Assembly: GCA_035647675.1 (NCBI GenBank)
Contig: DASRMZ010000009.1
Coordinates: 1 to 51,679 of the forward strand
Length of the DNA: 51,679 nucleotides
Source: Thermoclostridium sp.
Lineage (GTDB): Bacteria; Bacillota; Clostridia; DSM-8532
Reading direction: 5' to 3'
Below, one piece after another: positions 21,585 through 30,356 of the stretch (positions within the stretch are counted from its first letter, which is position 1; each line of letters starts with the position of its first letter). The notes under the pieces were generated by a model. That model saw only the letters and a program-made list of their open reading frames with translations. It was not told the origin of the DNA and did not search any database. Made by a program: the position numbers and the translations under genes.

Positions 21585-22541
21585 ATGGACCAAAAGATAC
21601 GTATAGATATTCGTATTATTAAGCTCCAAGATTATATTCGCAGAAAACCCAAAAGCCCCTTTGGCTATTATGGGCTGGGCATTCAATACATGCTTTCAAA
21701 TGAGCATAATTTAGCAGATAAAATGTTTACACAGTCATTGAAAATCCAACCAAGCTATATGCCTGCAAAGTTAGGTAAGCTTGAATGTTATTTAGTCCAA
21801 AGCAGATTTACAGCTGCAGCACGCTATTATCAAAAAAACAAAGACACCTTTACTGCGAAAAAAATATATATTAACGGTATTAATAGAATTTCTAGCAGCC
21901 TATACATATCACGTGATTTCTTTGTTAGCTTACGAAAGTTTCGTTCCCTATTTGTTTTCAATGAGAGGATCGGAATTTTACAAAGAATGTACAACAATAG
22001 CATTGAAAATCCTGTTGTTAATATTCTCTTGGCAATGAATCACATTAAGGAACAAAGTGTAGATGGTAGATCACTAATGCTTTACAATCTTTGCGTCAAT
22101 ATGAACGGCATAATTGATAAGCTCAGGTGGGAGCTTGTAGAAATAATTTCAAAAAAACAGCCTTGGATTTTGCAGGACGAAGCGATAGCGGGTCTTTTTC
22201 AATCCATACCTGAAAATGCTTACAAAACTGATTATTTGAACGTTCTTCTATCCACCTTCATAAAGCAGCAGAATAAGGAAAAGGTATTGAATGCATTTTC
22301 ACAATTACTAGAAGATAATGTAGTGCCAGACAATAAAACCAGTTGGAAATTTATTGACTTTTGCAACAATAACAATATATACAATTCCACAGTTGCATCT
22401 CTGTGCAAGAAGCTCATTGAAGACGGATGGGTTAACAATTCCCTTGCCTCATCAGCGTTCATGCTAAAGGATAAAGGAGTTGTTGGCTCGAATAACAAAA
22501 TGTTTAAAACACTTGAACTTTACGGTTATGCAAAAAAGTAG
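21585..22541 (+). CDS. Helical-repeat protein (N-terminal TPRs, C-terminal PPR-like motif)
   Basis: AGGAGG RBS then ATG 21585; TPR pattern GYYGLGIQY...ADKMFTQSLKIQP; 23 nt after the ZorB-like stop. Confidence 0.8.
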   Translation: MDQKIRIDIRIIKLQDYIRRKPKSPFGYYGLGIQYMLSNEHNLADKMFTQSLKIQPSYMPAKLGKLECYLVQSRFTAAARYYQKNKDTFTAKKIYINGINRISSSLYISRDFFVSLRKFRSLFVFNERIGILQRMYNNSIENPVVNILLAMNHIKEQSVDGRSLMLYNLCVNMNGIIDKLRWELVEIISKKQPWILQDEAIAGLFQSIPENAYKTDYLNVLLSTFIKQQNKEKVLNAFSQLLEDNVVPDNKTSWKFIDFCNNNNIYNSTVASLCKKLIEDGWVNNSLASSAFMLKDKGVVGSNNKMFKTLELYGYAKK

Positions 22542-22582
22542 AATAAAATTCTACATAGAGCTTTTTTTGATGCTGTGCCTTT

Positions 22583-23113
22583 TCATACTCCTGTAGAACC
22601 AAATCCGCCACCACGATTTTCACCCATATCCAAAACAGAGCTAACAAGCTTAAATTTCATTCGTGGCACTTCCTGCAAAACGAGTTGAGCAATCCTGTCC
22701 CCTTTTTTTATATGGTATATACCTTGTTTATTTCCTCGGGAATCAACTGAATAATGCTCATGGAGGTGTGCCTTAGGTACATCCCCTTGAAATTCACTAC
22801 TGCCTCTTGAATTGCTAGATGTATTGGTAACTATAACCCCTAATTCGTCTCTATATCCAGCATCTATGGTTCCAGGAGAATTTGATATGCGCAGTGGAGT
22901 TCTAAGTGTTATTCCGCTACGAGGGCGTACCTGAATTTCAAAGCCTTCGGGAATTGCAAACTTTAAACCAGTGGGAACTAAAGCCGTTTCATTTGGCTTT
23001 ATTACTACATCGCTTGCGGCACAAACATCCATACCTGCATCCCATTCATTTTGATATTTTGGCAATTCAACGCCTTCTCTGCATATTTCTACTGCTACCA
23101 AAACTTCATTCAT
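22583..23113 (-). CDS. dut: Trimeric dUTPase
   Basis: AGMDV, RPRSG, GTIDAGYRDE, GDRIAQL and RGGGFGSTG motifs I-V. Confidence 0.96.
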   Translation of the reverse strand: MNEVLVAVEICREGVELPKYQNEWDAGMDVCAASDVVIKPNETALVPTGLKFAIPEGFEIQVRPRSGITLRTPLRISNSPGTIDAGYRDELGVIVTNTSSNSRGSSEFQGDVPKAHLHEHYSVDSRGNKQGIYHIKKGDRIAQLVLQEVPRMKFKLVSSVLDMGENRGGGFGSTGV

Positions 23114-23175
23114 ATATAAATCACCCATTCATGCATTTATTTTTGGCTCTTAGCTTCTATTTGTTCATTGGTTTT

Positions 23176-25632
23176 TCAATCCACACCACGATAATAGTGT
23201 CCTCTTGTCAAACCCTTCTTTTTTAGCCTTGTTAACAGCTCATCGCATTGCAATGCATAAGCATCATTTCGATTGACCCATAGCTGACTGTAAAATTGAC
23301 ATATTTCATTTATTTCTTCAGGTGTCTCGTCCATAATATCAATTCTAAGTGTTCTTACATCGGTGTTCTCAAAGGGTACTAAATCATCAATCATTAGTGT
23401 TTTACTGTTGTATAGCGTTGTTCTGTTAAGAAGCGGATCTGTTTTGTACAAAAAGCGCTGCCCCATTCTATCTACGAGATAGCCCTGTTTATTCACGCAT
23501 TTTACACATTTTTTAGTACAGGCATCTACTTGACTGCCCGGGCAATATTCAAGTGTCATGACAGGTATTAATCCATATACACAAGCCTCAAGGGGTATGC
23601 CGTGTGAGTCGAGCTTGGACAGTGCATCAAAATTCATCTCTATAGAGGAAATGATTGCTGAGGGTTTATATCCAGATAAAAGCTCTATTGCAGAGGAATT
23701 AAATATATTCATTGGAAAGTCAGTGATAACAAGTATGTCGGGAAATTCATTGCGCATTCGGCTAAGGGCTCCCAAATTACCAACTAAAATACCGTCGGGG
23801 GGTGTATCCATTGATACAATTTTTTTCACAATCATATCCATCTGCTGATCTGTCAATACTGCCGGTACAGCTACATAAGCTTCAATTCCCCTGTTTTGTA
23901 GCTCTTTAGACAAATTATAATCTTCAACCCTAAGATATACCCTGCCAACCGCCAATCCATCCCACAGCTCTCTTGCTGGTGTCTTATTTAGCATAAGGCT
24001 AATCTTTCTTTTATCGGATAATTTTTGAGCGCTTCCAGGAAAACATATTGTTTTTTCAACTATATCCCGTTTTACATAAGTCTTAGCACGCACGACAGAT
24101 AGCTGCGTTAATGCTACTCTTCTCATTTCATTTATCACAGAAACAGGTATAAAGGCCTTGTCATCCACCAAAACATTAATGGAATCAAAATGATATGGAG
24201 TATCGCCTGTTTTTTTCAATTGCTGGCTTATACGCTTTGAGGTTACAGCTTTTCCCCGAGCTTGCTGGCATACCTCTGCACCTTCATATTTGACTGTATT
24301 GCCTGAATAATCGTTAATTATCAGCAAAGGCTTTTGACCTATGGATAAGCGAAACTCGCCATTTACAGGCACTGTTGGTATATTTCCTGCTGCAAACTCA
24401 GATAAATCATCCATTAACCTTTTATCGTATGTCTTATAGACGGCACTACCAGGTGCGGCATAGGATTTGAAATTACCCAAAAGAACAGTGTCTCCTACCC
24501 TCGTTTCCTTTACATGCCTTCCGTCCTTCATCATAACGCTAATAATGGCAGACGGAGTATTTTTATCCCATATCTCCAAGCCGTCCCCCATTTTAAGCTG
24601 TTCCCTAAGATTGATGCGAATTAACCTATTGTCCCTACCACCAAAAAACTTTGGCTCATAATCCTTCTCATGTGCAACTACAGTCCCCACCTTAACTCCC
24701 CAATGTTTTGGGTGTTGGGTACTCATAATGCTGTTACTATTCTTTTGGTCTAGGTATCCTGTACTAAAGCCTCCGCGGTTGAAAACCTGCAAAAGCGTAT
24801 GAATATCTTCATTATTCACAGCATATTCAGAAGGGTTGGACAATGCAAGCTCTATATACTTTCTGTATAGCATTACAGTTGCTGCTACATATTCAGCAGA
24901 TTTCATTCTGCCCTCTATTTTGAGTGAAGTAACACCCGCATTTAAAATATCAGGTAAAAGCTCCAATGTCATAATATCCTTAGGGCTTAAAAGATAAGCT
25001 TGCTTAGCGCTCTCCCCTTCAATGCTATAGGGTAATCTACAGGGCTGTGCACACCTTCCACGGTTTCCACTCCTGCCCCCAATAAAACTACTCAATAGGC
25101 ATTGACCAGAGCGGGAAATGCACAATGCGCCATGTATAAATATTTCAGCTTGGATGCCGGTCTGACTGACAATGCTCTCTATTTGAGAAAGACCTAATTC
25201 TCTTGCTAAAACAACTCTACTAATCCCTAAGCTCTGTATTGCTTTAACTCCATCAATATTGTGTATCGTCATCTGTGTGCTGGCATGGATGGGCAGCCCT
25301 GGCGCCACCTCTTTTAAAAATTTCACCACTCCAAGGTCTTGAACAATAATTCCGTCAATTCCTTCTTCATAAACAAAAGAAGCCAGTTCAGCGGCTTCCT
25401 TTAGCTCTTTGTCTGTAACTAATGTGTTTAGTACAATATATATTTTTACGCCCCTGATACGAGCATCCATTATTACTTCTTTCAAAGCTTGGTTATCGAA
25501 GTTGTGAGCCTGATGTCTTGCATTAAATGCTTTTCCACCAAGGTACACTGCATCCGCTCCTGCATTAACAGCAGCCTTATAAGCCTCTATGCTACCTGCT
25601 GGAGCTAATAACTCTATCTTTTTTTTTGTCAT
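23176..25632 (-). CDS. U32 family protein with DUF3656 (RlhA-like RNA hydroxylation protein)
   Basis: ELLAPAG, GADAVYLGG, HASTQM, Fe-S motif CISRSGQC...NRGRCAQPCR, LKIEGRMK; 818 aa. Confidence 0.88.
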   Translation of the reverse strand: MTKKKIELLAPAGSIEAYKAAVNAGADAVYLGGKAFNARHQAHNFDNQALKEVIMDARIRGVKIYIVLNTLVTDKELKEAAELASFVYEEGIDGIIVQDLGVVKFLKEVAPGLPIHASTQMTIHNIDGVKAIQSLGISRVVLARELGLSQIESIVSQTGIQAEIFIHGALCISRSGQCLLSSFIGGRSGNRGRCAQPCRLPYSIEGESAKQAYLLSPKDIMTLELLPDILNAGVTSLKIEGRMKSAEYVAATVMLYRKYIELALSNPSEYAVNNEDIHTLLQVFNRGGFSTGYLDQKNSNSIMSTQHPKHWGVKVGTVVAHEKDYEPKFFGGRDNRLIRINLREQLKMGDGLEIWDKNTPSAIISVMMKDGRHVKETRVGDTVLLGNFKSYAAPGSAVYKTYDKRLMDDLSEFAAGNIPTVPVNGEFRLSIGQKPLLIINDYSGNTVKYEGAEVCQQARGKAVTSKRISQQLKKTGDTPYHFDSINVLVDDKAFIPVSVINEMRRVALTQLSVVRAKTYVKRDIVEKTICFPGSAQKLSDKRKISLMLNKTPARELWDGLAVGRVYLRVEDYNLSKELQNRGIEAYVAVPAVLTDQQMDMIVKKIVSMDTPPDGILVGNLGALSRMRNEFPDILVITDFPMNIFNSSAIELLSGYKPSAIISSIEMNFDALSKLDSHGIPLEACVYGLIPVMTLEYCPGSQVDACTKKCVKCVNKQGYLVDRMGQRFLYKTDPLLNRTTLYNSKTLMIDDLVPFENTDVRTLRIDIMDETPEEINEICQFYSQLWVNRNDAYALQCDELLTRLKKKGLTRGHYYRGVD

Positions 25633-26231
25633 ATTCCCGCACCCTGCTGGTTTTCACCCGGCTGAGGTTTTTCTCCTTCCTCTTTCTTGCTGACGCAAGC
25701 ATCATCGTTGGTATTTTCATTATTGTTTATATCATGGGTATCCTTTTCATCATTATCCTTTTTATGGTCATCTTTAACAATTACTTCCTCTACAACGTTC
25801 TCTTTTGGTGTATATCTATATTTGTATACTATTTCTTTATCTTTATTCTTTTTTTCCTTTTCGAATAATTTTTTTATCCAATCTATTATATCAACAATAC
25901 TTTTAGCTTTTACTAATATATCCTTACTGAAGACTTCAACGGCCTCCTTGGCAGAGTTTGAGATCTTCCCTACATCACCGATAACCTTTTGTATTGACTC
26001 CATTTCTTCCTTTAGAATATCTGTAACCTTTGCAACGTTTTTCGTAATCTCAGGGAGTTTATCGAGAGTATTGTCAATATTGTCTTTGTTTTTATCAAGT
26101 GTCCTTCTAACATTTTTTAATATGCCCACAAGATTTGCAATTGCTAACAATAAATAAAACAATACGCCAATTCCTAATATAAAAAGTACTACTGAAAACA
26201 GATCACCCCAAGTAATAGTGGTATCAAACAT
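25629..26231 (-). CDS. Membrane-anchored coiled-coil protein (DUF948/YoxC-like)
   Basis: N-terminal TM helix, amphipathic heptads, acidic tail; stop overlaps the U32 start (ATGA). Confidence 0.7.
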   Translation of the reverse strand: MFDTTITWGDLFSVVLFILGIGVLFYLLLAIANLVGILKNVRRTLDKNKDNIDNTLDKLPEITKNVAKVTDILKEEMESIQKVIGDVGKISNSAKEAVEVFSKDILVKAKSIVDIIDWIKKLFEKEKKNKDKEIVYKYRYTPKENVVEEVIVKDDHKKDNDEKDTHDINNNENTNDDACVSKKEEGEKPQPGENQQGAGI

Positions 26232-26254
26232 GCTGATTCCTCCAATACGTTCTT

Positions 26255-26695
26255 TTATTTAATATTGTGTATACGTGATTGCTTCTGCGTGGATTCACCT
26301 GTAGCTCTATCTAGCGATTTTCTTACTTCCGTAAGCTCTGCTTCACGCCTTGTAAGCTCCAAAATCAGATGACGGTTTTCTTCGTTCGACTTTTGAAGCT
26401 GTTGAGAGAGTTCTTCAACCTCTTGTTTAGCTTCCTTTAATGTTTTTTGGGTAGCCTCTAATTCCTTTTTGAAAGCCTCTTTAGCTTCTGAATGTTTAAA
26501 CAATTCATCAACAGCATTAACGGCAGTTAATACAGAAGCCATAGAAGTGCTTAAGGTATGGTTGGCCTGCGTGATTGCCGACATCTTTTTGTCAACATAC
26601 AACGCCACCCTGTGTATGTACTCAGAAGATTCATTACCACATAAGGTGTACTCGTTTCCTGCGATGCGTACACAAACTCTGTTTTTGCTGGCCAA
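26255..26695 (-). CDS. zapA: Cell division protein ZapA
   Basis: NRVCVRIAGNEYTL...EYIHRVALYVDKKM...VLTAVNAVDEL followed by a coiled coil. Confidence 0.88.
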   Translation of the reverse strand: MASKNRVCVRIAGNEYTLCGNESSEYIHRVALYVDKKMSAITQANHTLSTSMASVLTAVNAVDELFKHSEAKEAFKKELEATQKTLKEAKQEVEELSQQLQKSNEENRHLILELTRREAELTEVRKSLDRATGESTQKQSRIHNIK

Positions 26696-26873
26696 TTACA
26701 TCAACTCCTACCTTCTTTCGTGTAAGTGTTAAGATCTGGTGTGTATAATAACACATAAACGGAATACTTCAACATGCGAGTCTAGATATTCTATCGGTTT
26801 CCCGAAAGCTAAACTTGAATAAATTCACAATAAGTATATCATATATAAGTACTTTTCTTCAACAATAAACGTT

Positions 26874-26961
26874 TCACCCGAAGCATGCCCCCGAGATGGG
26901 CAAGCAGAAACTCGCAAATAATGTTTTTCTTATATTGCACAGCTATATCTTTTTGGTCACC
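26874..26961. repeat. Family-1 short derivative (copy E)
   Basis: TCACCCGAAGCATGCCCCCG-GATGGG module joined to terminal module TTATATTGCACAGCTATATCT. Confidence 0.8.
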
Positions 26962-26962
26962 T

Positions 26963-29110
26963 TTAAACATTAATCATAGTCAGGGATATCCTATTCCTAT
27001 CAGGCTCTATACTCAGAACCTTAACTGTAATTATATCGCCAACCGAAACAACCTCCAAAGGGTTTTTAACGAATCTATCTGCTAGCTGTGAAATGTGGAC
27101 AAGACCATCCTGATGTACACCAATATCTACAAATGCACCAAAATCAGCCACATTACGCACAGTACCCGTTAAAACCATGTCCGGCTTTAAATCCGTAATT
27201 TCTAACACATCCCTCTTCAACATAGGAGGGGGAAGCTCTTCCCTTGGATCCCTTCCTGGTTTTTTAAGCTCATCGGCAATGTCCCTAAGCGTTGGCTCGC
27301 CAATATCTATCTGTTCAGCCAGTGTTCTAAGCACAGCTTTTTTTATAAGTAAATCCAACGTTACAAGATTGTTATTCATCACATCATCTTTGGTATACCC
27401 TAGCTTGTCTAAAAACATTTCACATGCTACATAGGATTCTGGATGCACCGCCGTATTATCCAATACATTATCACCATCTCGAATTCTTAGAAACCCAGCG
27501 CATTGCTCAAAGGCCTTCGGACCAAGCTTTGATACTTTTTTAAGCTCTTTACGATTTTTAAAGCTGCCTATACTATCACGGTAAGCAACAATATTGGTTG
27601 CGATGCTTTTGTTAACCCCCGAAACATAAGAAAGTAGTGGTGCTGAGGCTGTATTTAAATCAACCCCCACTTTATTTACAACATCCTCTACTACCCCGCC
27701 CAACGTTTCACTTAAGCGCTTTTGGTTCATATCGTGTTGGTATTGACCAACACCTATAGACCTTGGGTCTATCTTAACCAGCTCTGCTAAAGGATCCTGC
27801 AATCTCCTGGCAATTGATGCAGCACTGCGAAGAGAGACATCAAACTCTGGGAACTCTTCTGCACCAAGCTTTGAGGCAGAGTATACCGAAGCTCCTGCTT
27901 CATTAACCAGTACATAGCTTACATCCTTTTTCACATCCTTGAGCATATCAGCTACAAATATCTCTGTTTCCCGACTGGCAGTACCATTTCCTATTGAAAT
28001 AATATCAACGTCGAACTTTTTTATTAATGCCATTAATACGGCTTTTGCCTCTTCCACCTTACTTTGGGGTGGCGTAGGATATATAACTGTTGTGGCAAGG
28101 ACTTTTCCAATTTCATCAACAACACATATTTTACATCCCGTTCTATACGCAGGATCAACGCCAAGCACAACCCTATTTTGAACTGGGGGCTGCATTAGAA
28201 GCTGTCTAAGATTTTCTCTAAAGACCACCATTGCTTGCTCTTCGGCTTTTTCCGTCAACTCATTTCTTATTTCTCTTTCTACAGATGGTTGTATTAACCT
28301 TTTATAAGCATCCTTAATTGCTGCCTGCATGTGTTTTCTTTTATCAGTATTTGTAACGCTGTAGCTATCAAATAAATATGAGTGTATTTCTTCTTCTGGC
28401 ACTGAAAGAACAACCTTTAAAAAATCTTCCTTTTCGCCTCTATTTATAGCTAATATTCTGTGGCTCACGATTGATTTTACAGGCTCTCTATAGTCATAGT
28501 ATGATCTATATACCGAATCCTCTTCTGTCTTACCCTTTGACTCAACTATGCCTCGCGTATGGAAAATGCCTCGTATTTCTTTTCTTACTGAAGCGTCATC
28601 TGAAATATCCTCTGCAACAATGTCCCGAGCCCCTTGTAAAACATCTTCGATAGAATTCAAATCCTTTTGTGCATCAATGTACTCGCTAGCTTTGTTTTCA
28701 ATACTACCATCTGGCACACTCTCTAAAAGAATTAGAGAAGCTAAAGGCTCTAGCCCTTTTTCTTTAGCAATCATGGCTCTTGTTCTTCTTTTTTGTTTAT
28801 AGGGTCTATATATATCCTCTATTTCTTGTAATGTTATCGCTTTGGTAATGGATTGGGATATTTCATCCGTCATTTTCCCTTGTTCCTCTATTAAACGATA
28901 TACATCGTTCTTACGCGTTTCAAGGCTTTTTAAGTACAAATAACGGTCATTTAATTCACGCAATACTTGATCATCCAAAGAGCCCGTCATTTCCTTTCGG
29001 TACCTTGCAATAAAAGGTATTGTGTTTCCTGCATCTATAAGTTCAAGAACATTATCAGCTTGAACCTTTCTTAGCTTAAATTCTTTTTGTAAAATAGACT
29101 TAATATCCAT
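26963..29110 (-). CDS. tex: Tex family S1 RNA-binding transcription accessory protein
   Basis: GNTIPFIARYRKE, DPAYRTGCK, NEAGASVYSAS, IGVGQYQHD, and a C-terminal S1 domain (FGAFVDIGVHQDGLVHIS). Confidence 0.95.
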   Translation of the reverse strand: MDIKSILQKEFKLRKVQADNVLELIDAGNTIPFIARYRKEMTGSLDDQVLRELNDRYLYLKSLETRKNDVYRLIEEQGKMTDEISQSITKAITLQEIEDIYRPYKQKRRTRAMIAKEKGLEPLASLILLESVPDGSIENKASEYIDAQKDLNSIEDVLQGARDIVAEDISDDASVRKEIRGIFHTRGIVESKGKTEEDSVYRSYYDYREPVKSIVSHRILAINRGEKEDFLKVVLSVPEEEIHSYLFDSYSVTNTDKRKHMQAAIKDAYKRLIQPSVEREIRNELTEKAEEQAMVVFRENLRQLLMQPPVQNRVVLGVDPAYRTGCKICVVDEIGKVLATTVIYPTPPQSKVEEAKAVLMALIKKFDVDIISIGNGTASRETEIFVADMLKDVKKDVSYVLVNEAGASVYSASKLGAEEFPEFDVSLRSAASIARRLQDPLAELVKIDPRSIGVGQYQHDMNQKRLSETLGGVVEDVVNKVGVDLNTASAPLLSYVSGVNKSIATNIVAYRDSIGSFKNRKELKKVSKLGPKAFEQCAGFLRIRDGDNVLDNTAVHPESYVACEMFLDKLGYTKDDVMNNNLVTLDLLIKKAVLRTLAEQIDIGEPTLRDIADELKKPGRDPREELPPPMLKRDVLEITDLKPDMVLTGTVRNVADFGAFVDIGVHQDGLVHISQLADRFVKNPLEVVSVGDIITVKVLSIEPDRNRISLTMINV

Positions 29111-29148
29111 TTGTTCCCTCCAATAGTGCGCAATTGCTTGCTAATAGT

Positions 29149-29178
29149 GCATTTTGCATTGTTACATAGCAAAAGCCT
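29149..29178. repeat. Collapsed family-2 element (two arms fused at GTTACAT)
   Basis: GCATTTTGCATT-GTTACAT-AGCAAAAGCCT. Confidence 0.55.
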
Positions 29179-29243
29179 ACAAATAAAAATTCACTTAAAA
29201 ATCCACTCTAAAATATTAACATATAAATAGGCTACTTGGAAAA

Positions 29244-29888
29244 TTATATTGCGCTTTTTTCAAAGACATGTTTTTCGACTTTTTTCTTAATTCTTTGAAG
29301 TGCATTATCAACAGATTTAACAGGTTTATTTAATTTTTTAGCGATCTCAATGTATGCTTTCCCTTTGAGATAGTGGGAAAGCACCTCCAATTCAAAGTCT
29401 GAAAGGATTTCACCAATTTTGTTTTCGATACCGGAGAACTCTTCCTTTCTTATTAATAATTGTTCAGGATCTGGTACAACTTGATCTGAGATCATGTCTA
29501 TATATGTTTTATCTGAATCGTCATCATAGACCTTGCGGTTTAGAGAAATATAAGAATTTAGTGGTATATGCTTCTGCCTTGTTGCGTTTTTTATAGCGGT
29601 AATTACCTGTCTAATGATGCATAATTCTGCAAATGTTTTAAATGCCATGGACTTGTCATTTTGATAATCACGAATTGCCTTATAAAGCCCAATCATGCCT
29701 TCCTGAATAACATCATCCCTATCAGCACCTATAAGGAAATATGTCCGTGACTTGGCTTTGACAATATATTTATATTTATCGATCAAAAAAGCAGTGGCAT
29801 TTTTATCACCACATCTGCTAAGTATGACAATATCTTCATCATCAATATTCGTATAGTCTTCTGTTTTAAAGCTCGTCACTGATACCAC
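29244..29888 (-). CDS. sigH: RNA polymerase sigma factor SigH
   Basis: YFLIGADRDDVIQEGMIGLYKAIRDY, ATRQKHIPLNSYISL, KSVDNALQRIKKK; likely GTG start at 29888 after AGGAG. Confidence 0.95.
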   Translation of the reverse strand: MVSVTSFKTEDYTNIDDEDIVILSRCGDKNATAFLIDKYKYIVKAKSRTYFLIGADRDDVIQEGMIGLYKAIRDYQNDKSMAFKTFAELCIIRQVITAIKNATRQKHIPLNSYISLNRKVYDDDSDKTYIDMISDQVVPDPEQLLIRKEEFSGIENKIGEILSDFELEVLSHYLKGKAYIEIAKKLNKPVKSVDNALQRIKKKVEKHVFEKSAI

Positions 29889-30000
29889 TTTAAGTCTCCT
29901 AAATGTCCTTTGATTTCTCCAGTGTCTTGTTTTCATGCTCATCTTAGTCTAAAAAGAAAGCAGGAGCTGAAAGTTTCTATTTAAAATATTCCTAACATAA

Positions 30001-30029
30001 ATTATAAATTATTGCTTGTACACTGTCAA
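30001..30029 (-). promoter_or_regulatory. Consensus sigma-A promoter of sigH
   Basis: Minus strand reads TTGACA-N17-TATAAT, a perfect match. Confidence 0.85.
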
Positions 30030-30065
30030 GGACTTACATTTTTCGTTTTTATTTCTCTAATGAAA

Positions 30066-30247
30066 GTTACAGTTCACACCATTAATATTTTTAGATATAG
30101 CTATGAACTGTAACGGAGACAAACCACCCGAAGCATTCCCCCGGGATGGGTGTGCCTGAGCTGAACTATACATCTCTAAGCTTCATTCCGCTAATGTTTT
30201 CCTTATATTGCACAGCTATATCTCTTTGGCTACCTGCGGGAAGTAAC
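30066..30247. mobile_element. Family-1 internally deleted element (copy F)
   Basis: Begins GTTACAGTTCACACC like copy A, contains CACCCGAAGCATTCCCCCGGGATGGG and the right terminal module TTTCCTTATATTGCACAGCTATATCTC, and ends in GTAAC. Confidence 0.7.
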
Positions 30248-30356
30248 TAAGGGATGTTACATCACAAAATTTTTGATAATAGAATGGCTTGAAGCTACTG
30301 TCCTGTATGATATAATTATTATGCTTTGCAAAATGCTCTATTGGAAAGGGTTTATA

